The position numbers and the translations under genes were made by a program. The notes under the pieces were generated by a model. It made no database searches. It was not told the DNA's origin and was given only the letters and a program-made list of their open reading frames with translations. Shown piece by piece: positions 11,088 through 24,419 of a stretch of DNA of 64,000 bases. The stretch is taken from the NCBI RefSeq assembly GCF_001194135.2, contig NC_068986.1, positions 6,426,788-6,490,787 of the forward strand, read 5' to 3'. Position 1 is the stretch's first letter. Each line of letters begins with the position of its first letter. Source of the DNA: Octopus bimaculoides. Taxonomy: Eukaryota.

Positions 11088-12075
11088 GTGAGTAATTTTT
11101 GTGTCGTATCTTGAAACGTTTCATGTCATTATTCCATATGTCTTTAACCATTTTGACACTCTTCTTCGCTATCACCCACTCGGTAACAAGACATAACGCA
11201 CAACACAAGTGGAGATCTTATATGTATATATGTATATATATATGTATGCATATATGTATGTACGTATATATATGTATGTATATATATATGTGTGTGTGTG
11301 TATATATAAATGTGTGTATTAAGTATTCCCTTAGTTTTTACATATGGTATAATTTGCAGATTGGTTTCCTCCCCACCGACTTTGTAAGAAATGCATATTT
11401 TTTTTAATGACATTTTACAGAAATTTGCGAAAAAGTACTCAATACATGTTTTCACTGTCTCTCTGTCTGTCTGTCTCTCTCTCACCATTTCATTTGAGGC
11501 TGGTGATTCATTCTGTTACAATTCATTTTTATCTCGCTCGATGATGTCTGCTGTCATTTTACGTGATATTCTATTGTTATCTGAATGCTCGCATCAAGAG
11601 ATATAGAAAAGAAAAAACCTCTGAGTTGCGACAGTGAACTGACAACTTGTACATACTTAGGCATATATATATATGTGTGTGTGTGTGACTGCGTGTTCAT
11701 TTCATTGAGTATCGTCGATATATTCAATACCAGTGATCAGGAAATCGGGTATCACTTCGATTACAGTCTTTGTCGTTATAAACCTTTTATCACACCAACA
11801 GCCAACGCGTATCTTCTTCATTTATTCTAGAATATTTTTTTATGGAACTTTTTGTTACTTTCATATTTTTCCCTGATTGTTTTTTCTACTTTAAACCGGC
11901 TTTCCAAATCACTGAGTAACTTGGTGAACCCCCAACGTTATCGTACGATCTGGTTGAAATAGCTGACAAATTTCCCTCAAATCNNNNNNNNNNTATATAT
12001 ATATATAATAATGTTAGGGACAAAATCCAAAATTACAGGTAAAAACTCAATTAAAATCAATTTTCCCTAAAACTA

Positions 12076-12117
<42 letters not shown>

Positions 12118-14612
12118 TTAGGGAAAAGAACCAATGTTTATGAACTCATCGATGAAAATCCACTGTCACATATAGAAAAAATTTATAATTAAAAGTACAA
12201 TAAGTATAATATAATACAAAGTAAATATCATAAGATCAAGAACACCATCCACACACACACATATATATAGTATTTGATATAAAAAAATACATGATCGTTA
12301 GGGTTGGAATGTCGATCATGACGTTTACTCAGTCAGAGCTGACCTGGGGCTAAACGACTGCTCCTTACATCAAGGAACACAGATCACGAGGATCGTTCCA
12401 GCAAACCCTTTTCCGTCGCCTTCCCCCGCACTATTATCGTTGTTGTAGGCCGTTTCTATCTGTTAACGTTATATTTTGCTAGATTTTAGAAATGTCTGTA
12501 TTTTATGTCATATATACGTGTCACTGATGTTAGTAAAACAACAACAAAAACAAAACACCATAATGTTGATTAAGATGACGTATTTCGTAGGAATTCCTGT
12601 GGCTGAAAGTGAGATATGGCGGGGATTCAGTCACACCTTGTTGAAATTCCTTCGAACAAATTCTACATTTTACCGGTGTATGTCTTATTTTAAATAGTCT
12701 CGGAGGATAATTTTCATATTTATTTTAATGTTATTCATCATAAAAAAGCTGCAGTAACTTAGTTTTATTATAATTCGGAAATATATTTCCGTGCGTTTTG
12801 TTAATAAAGTCTTCAACAAATGTATTCGGCAATTAAGAATCTGTCCAGTTTGACAATTGAAATAAGCATGGAATTATGGATTAATTCAACTAATCTTTCT
12901 CGATGGTGCATTTGAAGGATTTTTTTTTTTAGATATGTAAGTTTGGTTGTTGTTTACAAACTTACCACCTTTTACTTTTTGGATTGCTCTGACCGAAGGA
13001 GCTCTCTGTAGCCCTATGTACTTCGCAGATGTCATATATATGTGTGTGTGTGTGCACTACAACCTTTTAGTAATATTTTTTTCTTATATATTTATATAGA
13101 GTTAATGAGTGTATATGCGTGTGTAATCTGTGTAGACAGATACATAGCTGGCAGTTATTTTTAGTTGATTACTTATTCAAATGAGAGCAGTGTTAAATAA
13201 CTTACGTTGTCCCGTTTCCTAACATAGGACAAGTATCTTTACTCTGTATAAATGCAGTAACTATTTCTCTCTCTCTCTCTCTCCACACCTTAAACTATTA
13301 ACAAGCTCACTTCCCTCCGATATGATACAGCTGTTTGTTCCACTTTCTTCACTTTCATTAATTTACGGCTGATCATTTGTCCACATTGATTCCAACCCCC
13401 CCCCCCTTTTTTTTGTTATTTATTCACTGTAAGAGGTATTTTGGCCCCAGTGATCAACCGATGAAGTTTAGTGACGGTTTTTTTTTTCTTTTTTTTTCAG
13501 ATTTTAAGATTCTTTGTTTATTTTAGTCGTACATTCTGTTTAGTTGATAAGCAGAAATAATTTCTCACCGGTATAATTTAGGTTGATGTCTAAAGATAAG
13601 AGGGAATTTCTAAGACCCATAAAGGAATAAATCAAATTGCTCTCCAGAATATTACTTAGCGTGTACATTAATGTTACTACAGTTCATAACCGTCATTTTT
13701 TAAATAGCTATATCAAGATATATTTCGATTTATATATTTATCTTTCATGTAGATTAAAAAAAATATTGCGATAAATTACATCGTTCCTTGCAAAGCGATT
13801 CTCATCACTTAATGAATGTATTTGTGTTAAGGAGAACGTGAGGTATAGGGAGCTTCTTGTATTAATAGGGCAGGATGCTATTATGCGCCGGCTTACTGGG
13901 ACCATGGATGGCCTTGTTGCTGTTAACCACCACCACTACCACCACCAGTTCCTTTCTTTTAACATCCCTCCCCTCTTGAAGTTGGCGGAATTCTCGTTAG
14001 TCCCCTCAGTTTAAAATTTGCCCCCGTCTTAAATTGTGTGCACAGGCAAACATTCCTTTTGACTTTGGTAAAAATTGATAATAACGCCAATGAAAAGGAA
14101 CAGTTGTGTATGTGAAAGGGGAAGAATTCTTTCATCCGCTATATTTTTCTTAAATGGAGTAACAACCCGGATTTGACATATCTTATTTCATGTGAAAATT
14201 TGGTTTTAAAAACAAAACGGCTTAGAAATTAAGGAAAAGAATTGCGATGTTTCAATTTAAATAAATGCTTATGAATAGTAAAGTATATAGTTTTATTGGT
14301 GTGTGGGTATATATATATATATATATATATACATACATACACACACACACACGCACTGTGTTAAAACATCCTCGGTGTAATAGGACTTACTGTGGTTAAG
14401 GGCATATATATATATATATATATATTCAGCCGGCGGAATTTATAGTTTGCATTATATTTTCTGTAATTTTTTTTTGTTCACTTCACATGTCATACCTTTT
14501 GTTAGCATCTTTTAAATAACAGAATAAGTCGATTTTTATTTTTTTAAGCTTGAACATCTAATTTTGAACCAGTTGCAAAATTCGAGTTTTTTATTCGCTG
14601 TTTTGTGCGATT

Positions 14613-14652
<40 letters not shown>

Positions 14653-15277
14653 GTTTCTTTTTTAAATTGCTATTTNNNNNNNNNNNNNNNNNNNNNNNNN
14701 NNNNNNNNNNNNNNNNNNNNNNNNNNNNNNNNNNNNNNNNNNNNNNNNNNNNNNNNNNNNNNNNNNNNNNNNNNNNNNNNNNNNNNNNNNNNNNNNNNNN
14801 NNNNNNNNNNNNNNNNNNNNNNNNNNNNNNNNNNNNNNNNNNNNNNNNNNNNNNNNNNNNNNNNNNNNNNNNNNNNNNNNNNNNNNNNNNNNNNNNNNNN
14901 NNNNNNNNNNNNNNNNNNNNNNNNNNNNNNNNNNNNNNNNNNNNNNNNNNNNNNNNNNNNNNNNNNNNNNNNNNNNNNNNNNNNNNNNNNNNNNNNNNNN
15001 NNNNNNNNNNNNNNNNNNNNNNNNNNNNNNNNNNNNNNNNNNNNNNNNNNNNNNNNNNNNNNNNNNNNNNNNNNNNNNNNNNNNNNNNNNNNNNNNNNNN
15101 NNNNNNNNNNNNNNNNNNNNNNNNNNNNNNNNNNNNNNNNNNNNNNNNNNNNNNNNNNNNNNNNNNNNNNNNNATAATTATTACAAATTAAAAGGGTATC
15201 TGTGGGATTCTCAGCTTTTTTAGCTGCTATTTCTGAACTTCGGTATATGGTGAAGCAAATATTTGCTGATCCCTTAA

Positions 15278-15319
<42 letters not shown>

Positions 15320-16689
15320 TCAAACTAATTTGTTCCACAGATTTTTAATTTAAATCATTTGTCTTCGCATCGTGCTTCAATTAATCTAATTAATAGAAAC
15401 TGATTTCCGTAAATTCTGTTATTATTAATCCGTCGATCAAAAACTTTTGGGGTTTCTAAATAAAGGCATATATAGTAACACCCTACATAAAAGTTCTTAG
15501 ATATCCTCTTGTTGCTTTTAGTTATTTTGTCTTATCTGTCGTTCTGCATCTTCGATGGAATTTCGGCTGCCGTCTTTTCGAACAAACGATGCTATCTTAG
15601 AGAAAATGTAAAGAATGTACTCGTATAACCAATGCAGTCTGTCCTATACATACGTATGGCGGGCGTCGCTGGTATTAAACTCACTCGTTTGGCTATCTGT
15701 TGAAACTGTTCCACTTATTTTGATAACTTTATTATAATTTCACCTTCCCTTCAAATATGACGCTTTGCATGTATAAAGACAAGTATCTCATACATACATA
15801 CATACACTTGTATGTTTTGATCTAATTTGGTGATCATCACAAATTTCTCTTAATATATGTATTTCTCTCTACAATATTTGATTGCTATGTTTTTTTTTTA
15901 AATATGGAATTAATAATTTGCGTACATCACCGAATAATTCCTTACTAGTTTAGCTTTTAATTATACATCAAGTATGGTCTCATTCAATTATATTTTAATT
16001 ACTGAAGAAGAGAGAGAGGGAAAGACTATAAAACAAAAGCCGGTGTTTTATCTTTAATTGGAAATAAAATATAAATATTAGTCTATACATCTACTTGTAC
16101 TTTCAAGCTAATAAAATAGGAATCTACTTTCGTAAATATCTTCATAGAGCAAGTTGTATGCGTGAAATGAAACAAAACCACTTAGTTTTAGTTAACCAGT
16201 GATATAGTGTGGTATTGACGTCATTCTATTGACTTCGAATTTCACTGTCATATGATTTAACTCGCACGCATGCACATACAGGATTTCACAACTCAGGCGT
16301 ATATTTAATATATATATACACACAGACACAGTTTTGCAATACACGAACTGCCACACACATTTATACACACACGTAGTAGCATTTTACTCTACATGACTGT
16401 CACATCATACACATACTTACACACAAAAACACACAGCAGGCTTTTACAGCACACGAACTGTTAAATCAGGTACACATACAAACATCAGGATTTTACGTTA
16501 CACAGACTGACACATAAATATGTGTATATGTGTCATACACGCGCATATATATATATATATACACACACACACGCACTTGATTATAATAACATATTATGCC
16601 AGTTGGTTCTTTCATTAAATATCTATGGACTTAATGAACTTTAATATCTACCGTTTGTGAATTCCACAATACAAATGCCTTCGATATTT

Positions 16690-17085
16690 CAATTGTTACT
16701 AAAGCGAGCAGAATCATTTTCCGCTTCGGACAAAATGCATAGCGACATTCTGAGTTCAAGTGGCGCCGAGGTCGACTGCCTTTTACCCTTTCGAGCATTG
16801 GGGCCGATGTAATCGACTTACCTCTTTTCCCCACATTTCAGGCCTTTTTGCCTATTTTAGGGTTGTTGATATACTTGTAGAATAAAGCGTCGGGCAAAAT
16901 ACCTTGCAATATTTGTTCCAGCTCTACGTTTCCGAGTTCAAATTCTGCCGCGGCCAACTTTGCCTTTCATCCCACCGGGATCGATAAGATAAAGTAGAAG
17001 TGAAGCACCGGGATCGAAGGTATCGGTGTAACCCATTACCTTAAAATTTGCCGGCCCTGTTCCTTAATTAGGCATTAGTATTACA
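16690..17085 (+). mobile_element. Two tandem SINE family B copies
   Basis: ctgagttcaa(g/a)t..cgccg(a/c)gg(t/c)c(g/a)act...cctt(t/tc)a.cc; CpG-retaining counterparts of 47617-47830. Confidence 0.7.
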
Positions 17086-17430
17086 ACTTTGGTTACAATA
17101 CTACAACTGTCACCATTACAGTTATAATACCACTACCACTACTATCGCAGCTACAATATAACTATCACTGTGACAGTTACACTATCACTATACTAACTAC
17201 TACTAGTTACGATATTACTAATCTTAACACCTACTAACCTATTCTATACCACAGTTACAATATACTTCATGCTATTACCATTATTACTACTACGTTACAA
17301 TACCACTCGACTACCTCAATTCCAATACTTTGCTACGACCATTACCACAGTTACTATTATTGCTATTACCACCACCACTACCACAGTTTCAATACCATTG
17401 TACCACAGTTACATTAACAAATACCATAGT
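17085..17430. repeat. Low-complexity (ACT/ACC/ATT)n array
   Basis: Direct inspection. Confidence 0.85.
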
Positions 17431-17866
17431 GGCTGGTTGGCTGCTACTGGTTNNNNNNNNNNGGCTGGTTGGCTGCTACTGGTTTTATCTGTCACTTTCT
17501 TTCAAGTTGCGAGAAGCATACTTCAACATTTTGGCAATAGCTTTCTTATTTGAATAAAAGAACAATTACCTTATTGAAAATCCAGTCTGTTAAGTGGAGT
17601 ACTTTTAAGAACAGTTGACATTAACAGAAACTTAATAATTTAGTAGGAGTTTTTTTATAATCGTTTGTAATATTTTGTCAATCTTCTCCCCTCCTCCCTC
17701 CCAATTTTTTCTTTCAATTTACTAGGTATTCTAGTTAAATTTGATTTTAAAACATATTTTGTTTAGAAGACTATTTGTATTATACAATATTCACGTTTTA
17801 ATATCGGCTGTATTTGGTTTCAAAAATTCTAATTGCAAACAATTGATTTGTGTTTTGTCATTCTTC

Positions 17867-17909
<43 letters not shown>

Positions 17910-19037
17910 TTTGTAAGAATTTGAATGAAACCCTATAATCGAGAATAATGTAAAAATATTCGTTAGTTTATTAAGAACACCCATTTCATAGACTGATGAC
18001 TACTATTTAGAAACCCTTTAGTTTCTTTCACACGATACACCTCCAGCCCTATCTTCTAACCTACTTTAACATTGGGAACAGGCTCCCTACCAATCAGTAT
18101 TTGCCAGCTCTCTTAAGGTCAGCAAAAAAGGAAGGAAGGGAGTAAGTGTCAACTATACAAACTGGGACATTTTTTTAGGGTGTCGATAAAGGATAAAATA
18201 TGCGCTGATACAAAAACTTAAAGGTTGGGAATGTTAAGTACTCCTCCTTTAAAACAGGGTATATATTTTTACTTGAGATATTTCCAAACTCATGAATTAG
18301 CAGATTGTGTACATCTTGAAATTAGTTATTTCTGCTGTAAGACTGCAATTAAAATCTGTAATACAATACTTCTGTGGATAATTAAGATATATTTAAAATT
18401 TTGGGTAAGGTGTAGCCTTTACTCAAGTGAACGACACACCAACATGTCTTAAATTCAGTTTCAACTATAAATTAGATATGTATTTGAAAAAAAAAATTAA
18501 ATTAAATTCGAGTCAACAAAATAAACTTATTCTGTAACGAAATGTTTGTCAACTATAAACTGATTTTGTAGCCATTTAAATTATTTCTGAATGTCTTATT
18601 GAATTCTAATAAACTGTTGTTTTAAATTTCCTTCTCGTTTGATATTGTCGTCTTATTAAAAACGTTCTTGTTTGAGTTTCCTTGTCATATTTCCAAACAC
18701 TAAAATCAGTTAGATTACCATTTTGTATGAGATTTCTTTCTTTTTTCTTTTTTTAATATTTGGGACGTTATGTAATTGTCTATAAATAGCAATTTCAATT
18801 TTTAAGAATATATTTTCTTGGTAGACAGTGAATATGGTTCTGTCAGAATTAGGATTTCTCAAAACTGGAATTCAGTGTAATGTTCGTAATTTAACCCTTA
18901 GAAATGTCAAACTTCACCTTAAACGTGAACACGTGGGTGTTTATTTATTTAAAAGAAGGATTTACTTCATATAACATGTCGCAAGTGAAAGTACGGAAAG
19001 AGCCGGCATTGTTTTTCAAGTTGTCATAAAACCGGAA

Positions 19038-19079
<42 letters not shown>

Positions 19080-22000
19080 GATCGAAGATGGAAATGTGGA
19101 AATTACCATCCATGCTCCGATCATTTTCTTTTCTTTTCTTCTTGTATTCCCAATTATAATTAATTAGATGTTGTGAGCATTCTCACTGGCATCGATATTA
19201 TGGTTACAATTAAAAGTTTACATGATGTCTTGCCAATTTTTTTATATCGCGCCTCGTTAACAAATTATCTTACATATTTTAACAATCGTTTTTAAAAACG
19301 TGTCTATGAGAGTAACCAACTCGTGTCTCTTGAATCTAATTGCATTAATTCGGTCGTCGGTTATTTCTGAAATTGTTTAAATCGAAATTATTAATTTAAC
19401 CCCAAACAATTCTGAGAGGTTTTGTTGTTGTTGAAAAAATTTTCTTTTTGCTTGTTCACTGGAAGACATTAATTAATTCCAGGAAAGAAACAATGACCAG
19501 TATTTCTGTTTTATCATTTGAGTGGGGTAGTATGGATACTACCACAAATATTCAGTAAATCTTCCAATTTGATGATAACAATGAAATGAGACTAGCCTGA
19601 GGTGGTAAACAATTTACTATATTGTGACTTCACTTTTAATTGACATATCTTATGATCGAAGGTTAAGCCTTCCTTATGGAGATAAATGACAAATTTAATA
19701 CATTTGTGAAATGGGGGGAAATCTCATTAATTAGAAATGGGGGAAAATCTTATTAATTATACCTATGTTCAACAACGTTATTGTAACCGTCCAACTAGCG
19801 ATGTCGCCATGTCGTTCCTAAGCTTATGGAACCCTAGGGGAGGGTCTTAATGCGTGCAGATGAAAGTTAAGATATGAGAGAAAAGGATGGGGCTGAGTTA
19901 TTTTATTATTGTAGGAGAGCTACATGGCTACTTAACATTTAAGAAAGTATTTTTGTTAAAATTGAATCAGGGAAGATACGTATGTACAGTTTTGCATTTT
20001 TATGTTAAATTGTATTTTCATAATATTTAGAACCTTATTTACATACACATCAAATATTTCAAAATGTAATTTTTGATGATGTGTATTATTCTTATTCATA
20101 GTTTTTACTAACAAAGATTCATTATCATAGAGATAATTACTCTCATACACAATACATCCATTCTATTGGATACGTGTTGCAGTCAGTTTCAGAGAAATAT
20201 TTTTCTGCTTTTTCTCACACAGAATCATACAGTAAAAATGCTATGATAAGATCCTATTAATCTCAAAACTAGTATAATAGGTAAAAATTAGGTCAGCAAA
20301 GCTTTGACTATATTGTTAGTGAACACTGGTCCAGAAGACCTATGCTTTGCAGGAGTTTTGGCTTGTATTATATGTTAGTCAAGTGTTAATATAAAGGTTC
20401 TTTTGTTAGCTTCTTTTGACAGTCAGCAATCACTTACAAACATGAAAAATTGATGTGAAATTGTGCTTTTTAGTTGATAGAATAAGTGTTTCTGCATCAT
20501 ATTTTAAAGGTCTTGACATAAACCTGAAAAATATTTGATATCCTTAACTATATCATGATATGAGGAGTTGTATTGGTTCTATTCAGATATTTTCTGGTCA
20601 GATGTCTTCTGTCTTATTAGCTAGCTACCAACATAATATAAATGATTGGCACCTAGTGACGTTCATCATTATTTCACTCTAATTCTCATATCTGACTATG
20701 CAAAATGGCACATTGTTACAACTCCTTATGTTCCTAGTCCAAATACTACCCAGGTCAACTTTGCTCTTCCAAGGTTGGTAAAATAAATTATCAGTGAAGT
20801 GTTGGAGTTGGTTTACTCAACTATATATCCTCAACCTCCCTAAATCTGGCAGAAGCCAAGATTTGCATATCTTTGGAGCTCACAGTTTTACAGTTGGATT
20901 CTCTTATTACTTCAAATTGCTTTACTTTGAAGTGGGAATGTTATCACACCAATACATTGGAACAAAACAGCTTAACGAAATTGTGACACATGACCATGTT
21001 AAGTCAGTCAGCAAAATTAACATCTAAGTCATGTAGTGAGGAGTGAGACTTACAAATGTATTTTGTGTGTGTGTGTGTGTGTGTATTAGTATACCTGCGT
21101 ATAAACCACAGTATATGAAACCTGATAGTGTATTTAAATATTTTATTTCAATAAAGCAAGATTTGATATGCACAACCAATATCTTTGTAATTTAAATTGA
21201 AAGAAAAAGAACTTGTTGAAATGTGAGAATGATATTTGACATTGAGATGAAAAAGAAAAAAAGGCTTGAAATAGTGAGTGGTTAACATCCACCTGGGTAA
21301 TATGATTGAGGTCAAAGTTTTTAACCTAAATATATTTTGTTTCTTCAGACATTAATGTTTATCTTTTCAAGGAAAAAAAGAAGTCTTTCTATTTTTGTTA
21401 ATTGCATTTCTAAGTATACATATCTATTGTAATGAAAACTTTTAAACAAATTGCTGTAATAGTAGTAATGTTAAACAATAACATTCCATTTTGTCACTTC
21501 ATAAACTCATGAAAATTTGTGTAATTGAAACCTGTTAAATATATGCAATTGATTATAGACTACTTCACAGTAATAAATTAAGTCTGACAGTTTTAATGTC
21601 ACAAAACAAGCACAAATTCTTATGTTTTCTGCTAGTGCCACAAAGTGCAATCATGACTTTGTAGTTAAAAAGTTTGCAGCCAAATCATCTCATGTTCAGC
21701 CCTACTGGGCAGCTGTTTGCATAAGTTTGCATATGCTCACAGGCGAATAAAAAATTGAATTGTGTTTGATCGATAATAACTGTCTATGTGCATGCACATG
21801 CAAGCACACACACACACACACAGGTTTGTGTCTCTTGGTCTTGACAGTGTGTACAGGTTGTAAATGACTGCCACCACCATACAATTATTGTCGTTTGTTT
21901 GAAATCTTCTATGGAAACATGTCCAGTCATTATGCTGCTCATGTTCAAAGGATCAAGGAAAACATTACCTTGCTTGAAAAACAGGTGACCTGAAGAACAT

Positions 22001-24095
22001 CTGGTTGTAGAAAGTGTACCTCACTGAATTTCACCTGGCCCATGCAAGCTTGGAGAAATGGATATTGAAATTATATTGACAGCCACTGTTGTTGTGACTC
22101 TTAACTAGCACCTGTAATGTGAGATGGAGAGATTGGTGCCACTTTAGCATGCAGTCTACCTGGCCATTATACTTTAGAGTGCTGTCTAACCTTAACTCTA
22201 ACCCTAATCCCAAACCTTAATCCTAACCCAGATCCAGTCATTTCACAGCATAGATAATGGATACTGCAGATTGCACATGAAAGTAGCACCTAGAGATTGC
22301 TATATCATTATTCCTTAATTGTGAGTTGCTAAACAACTGTGGACTTGTGTTTTGTTTAGAAATATAGATGTCTAACTCACACTCATTTTGTGAGAGTGCA
22401 CAATTGATTGACACTTATACACAACTGGTACTTAACCTGATTCTAAAAGAATGAAAGGTAAAGTTATTCCCTGCGGGGTATCAGCTCAGACTTTAATGGA
22501 ATATATATTTTATACATTACATAGGATTTTTCTATTTGGAGCTTTTTTTATTATTCTTTAATTAGTTCCAATCTTTGGTCTGGCCATTTTGGAACGCTGT
22601 CCTAAAGGGTTAAGTTGATCACATCAACCCAATTATGTTAGCCTCTTTTTTTCCTTTTTTGTCAAACCACTCTGATACAGCCAACCCTGATTGTCAAATG
22701 CTGAAACAAATACTCTCATATACATGCACACATATGTATCACATTCATTCTCAAGGCATAGATCAACCTAGGACTATATCAGATGCTTGCCCAATGTGCC
22801 ACATACTGGGACGAAACCTAAAACTACGTGTTTACTATGGTGAACTTCTTAATCAGCCAGTCATGCCTTCTTGTAGATTCTCTCAGTTCATTGCCTTTGA
22901 TAGATAATATTTAAAAGATAATATTCCAATCAAATATGTTTTAATAAGTGCTATTCTGATGTACCATTTTGTTCCAGTGTATAACAGCCACCAATGTGCT
23001 TCATCATTTTAAACTCTTTCCCCTATATTTTTATGACAATGCAGTTTCACTAAGCAAGCTTTGGTCACTATTTCATTTATATTAACAACTGTATTACTCT
23101 TTATTGATTTGTTTTGAAGTCTGTTGGGAAATTGTCTTTTGATATTGTGTGTGTAATTTATTGTTTATTATGATCTATTTAAATGTGTACTCACACATAG
23201 ATAAGATCAGTTGCCATACATGTGCTGGACTTTAGGAACTAATGATACTTTAGACACTGAAAACCAGAAATAACAGCTAAGGATCATGTGATAATTTCGG
23301 TTTTATTAGCAGCACATTATTTACAAGTACTACCTATACAATCTTAGTAATTGACTGAAAGTTGCAATAATTAATCCTTAAAGTTAATTGCTTTAACATA
23401 ATAGGCCATTTTAGTTTTCCTCTCTATTGAGGCTTGAAGTGTGTAACTTCAATATTACCATAAAAGGAATGATAGTAGGTATTTTGTCATGAAATATATT
23501 GTATACATAGTCTAATTTTGATTTTTGTTGTTTTAGCTTTTGAAAACAACTCAGTCGATTTTGCTTTAGTTCTCACAGAATTGATTGCAATTTTAGGAAC
23601 TCACAGGCGAAGTATGATACTGCTGGAAAGCAAGTGTTGTTTGTAAAACTGATTGTTTATATGTAGTAGTAGCTTCAGCATTGCTTTATATTGTACTTAA
23701 GTTGAAGTTGAGTAACCTTGTTCGGTCTATGTACGTATACTATTGCATATTTTTATTTGGGTCATAATTACTTATTGCATTAATATCTTTTAATGCTAAA
23801 GTGACGGAGTGATCCCATCGAGGTGGAATGTAGAAGGCTTGCAGGCCAGTTCCTCTGCAGAGCTAACAACATGTAGGGCTCCACAGAAGCCAGTAGAAAG
23901 AATGCCATCTAGTTGGCCATGGAGGCACTGGTGGTTGCCTCAAGATTGCTGTAGATCAGGAGGTGTGGACGCTGGAAAAAGCAGTGCTGTTGAGTCTTGT
24001 GCTAATTCTGATGTAAATCTTGAAACATCTAATGACCTCGGGAAACATCACAGATAATGTGTCCTGGTGCAGCACAGGATCATGTATAGAAAAGC

Positions 24096-24412
24096 TGGCT
24101 GTGTAGTAAGAAGCTTGCTTCCCAACCACATGGTTCCAGGTTCAGTCCCATTGTGTGGCACCTTGGGCAAGTGTCTTCTACTATAGCCTCGGGCTATAGT
24201 AGATTTGGTTGATGGAAACTGAAAGAAGCCCCTCATATGTATATATGTGTGTATGTATGTATTTGTGTGTCTGTGTTTGTCCTCCTACCATCGCTTGATA
24301 ATCGATGTTGGTGTCTTTACGTTGCCGCAACTTAGCAGTTCAGCATTAGATACTGATAGAATAAGTACTAGGCTTACAAAGAATACGTCCAGAGGTTGAT
24401 TTATTTTGACTA
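24096..24412 (+). mobile_element. SINE family A abutting the 3' end of the Tigger remnant
   Basis: tggctgtgtagtaagaagcttgcttcccaaccacatggttccaggttcagtcccattgtgtggcaccttgggcaagtg... Confidence 0.85.
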
Positions 24413-24419
24413 GATGCTA

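Noticed and set aside
17990-18030. CTGATGA...GAAAC...GTT hammerhead-like spacing
   Set aside because: Stem II does not close and stem I is only 3 bp; consistent with chance.
18409-18918. Possible TTAA-flanked (Kolobok-like) element
   Set aside because: Terminal match is only about 6 bp and the left TSD is imperfect.
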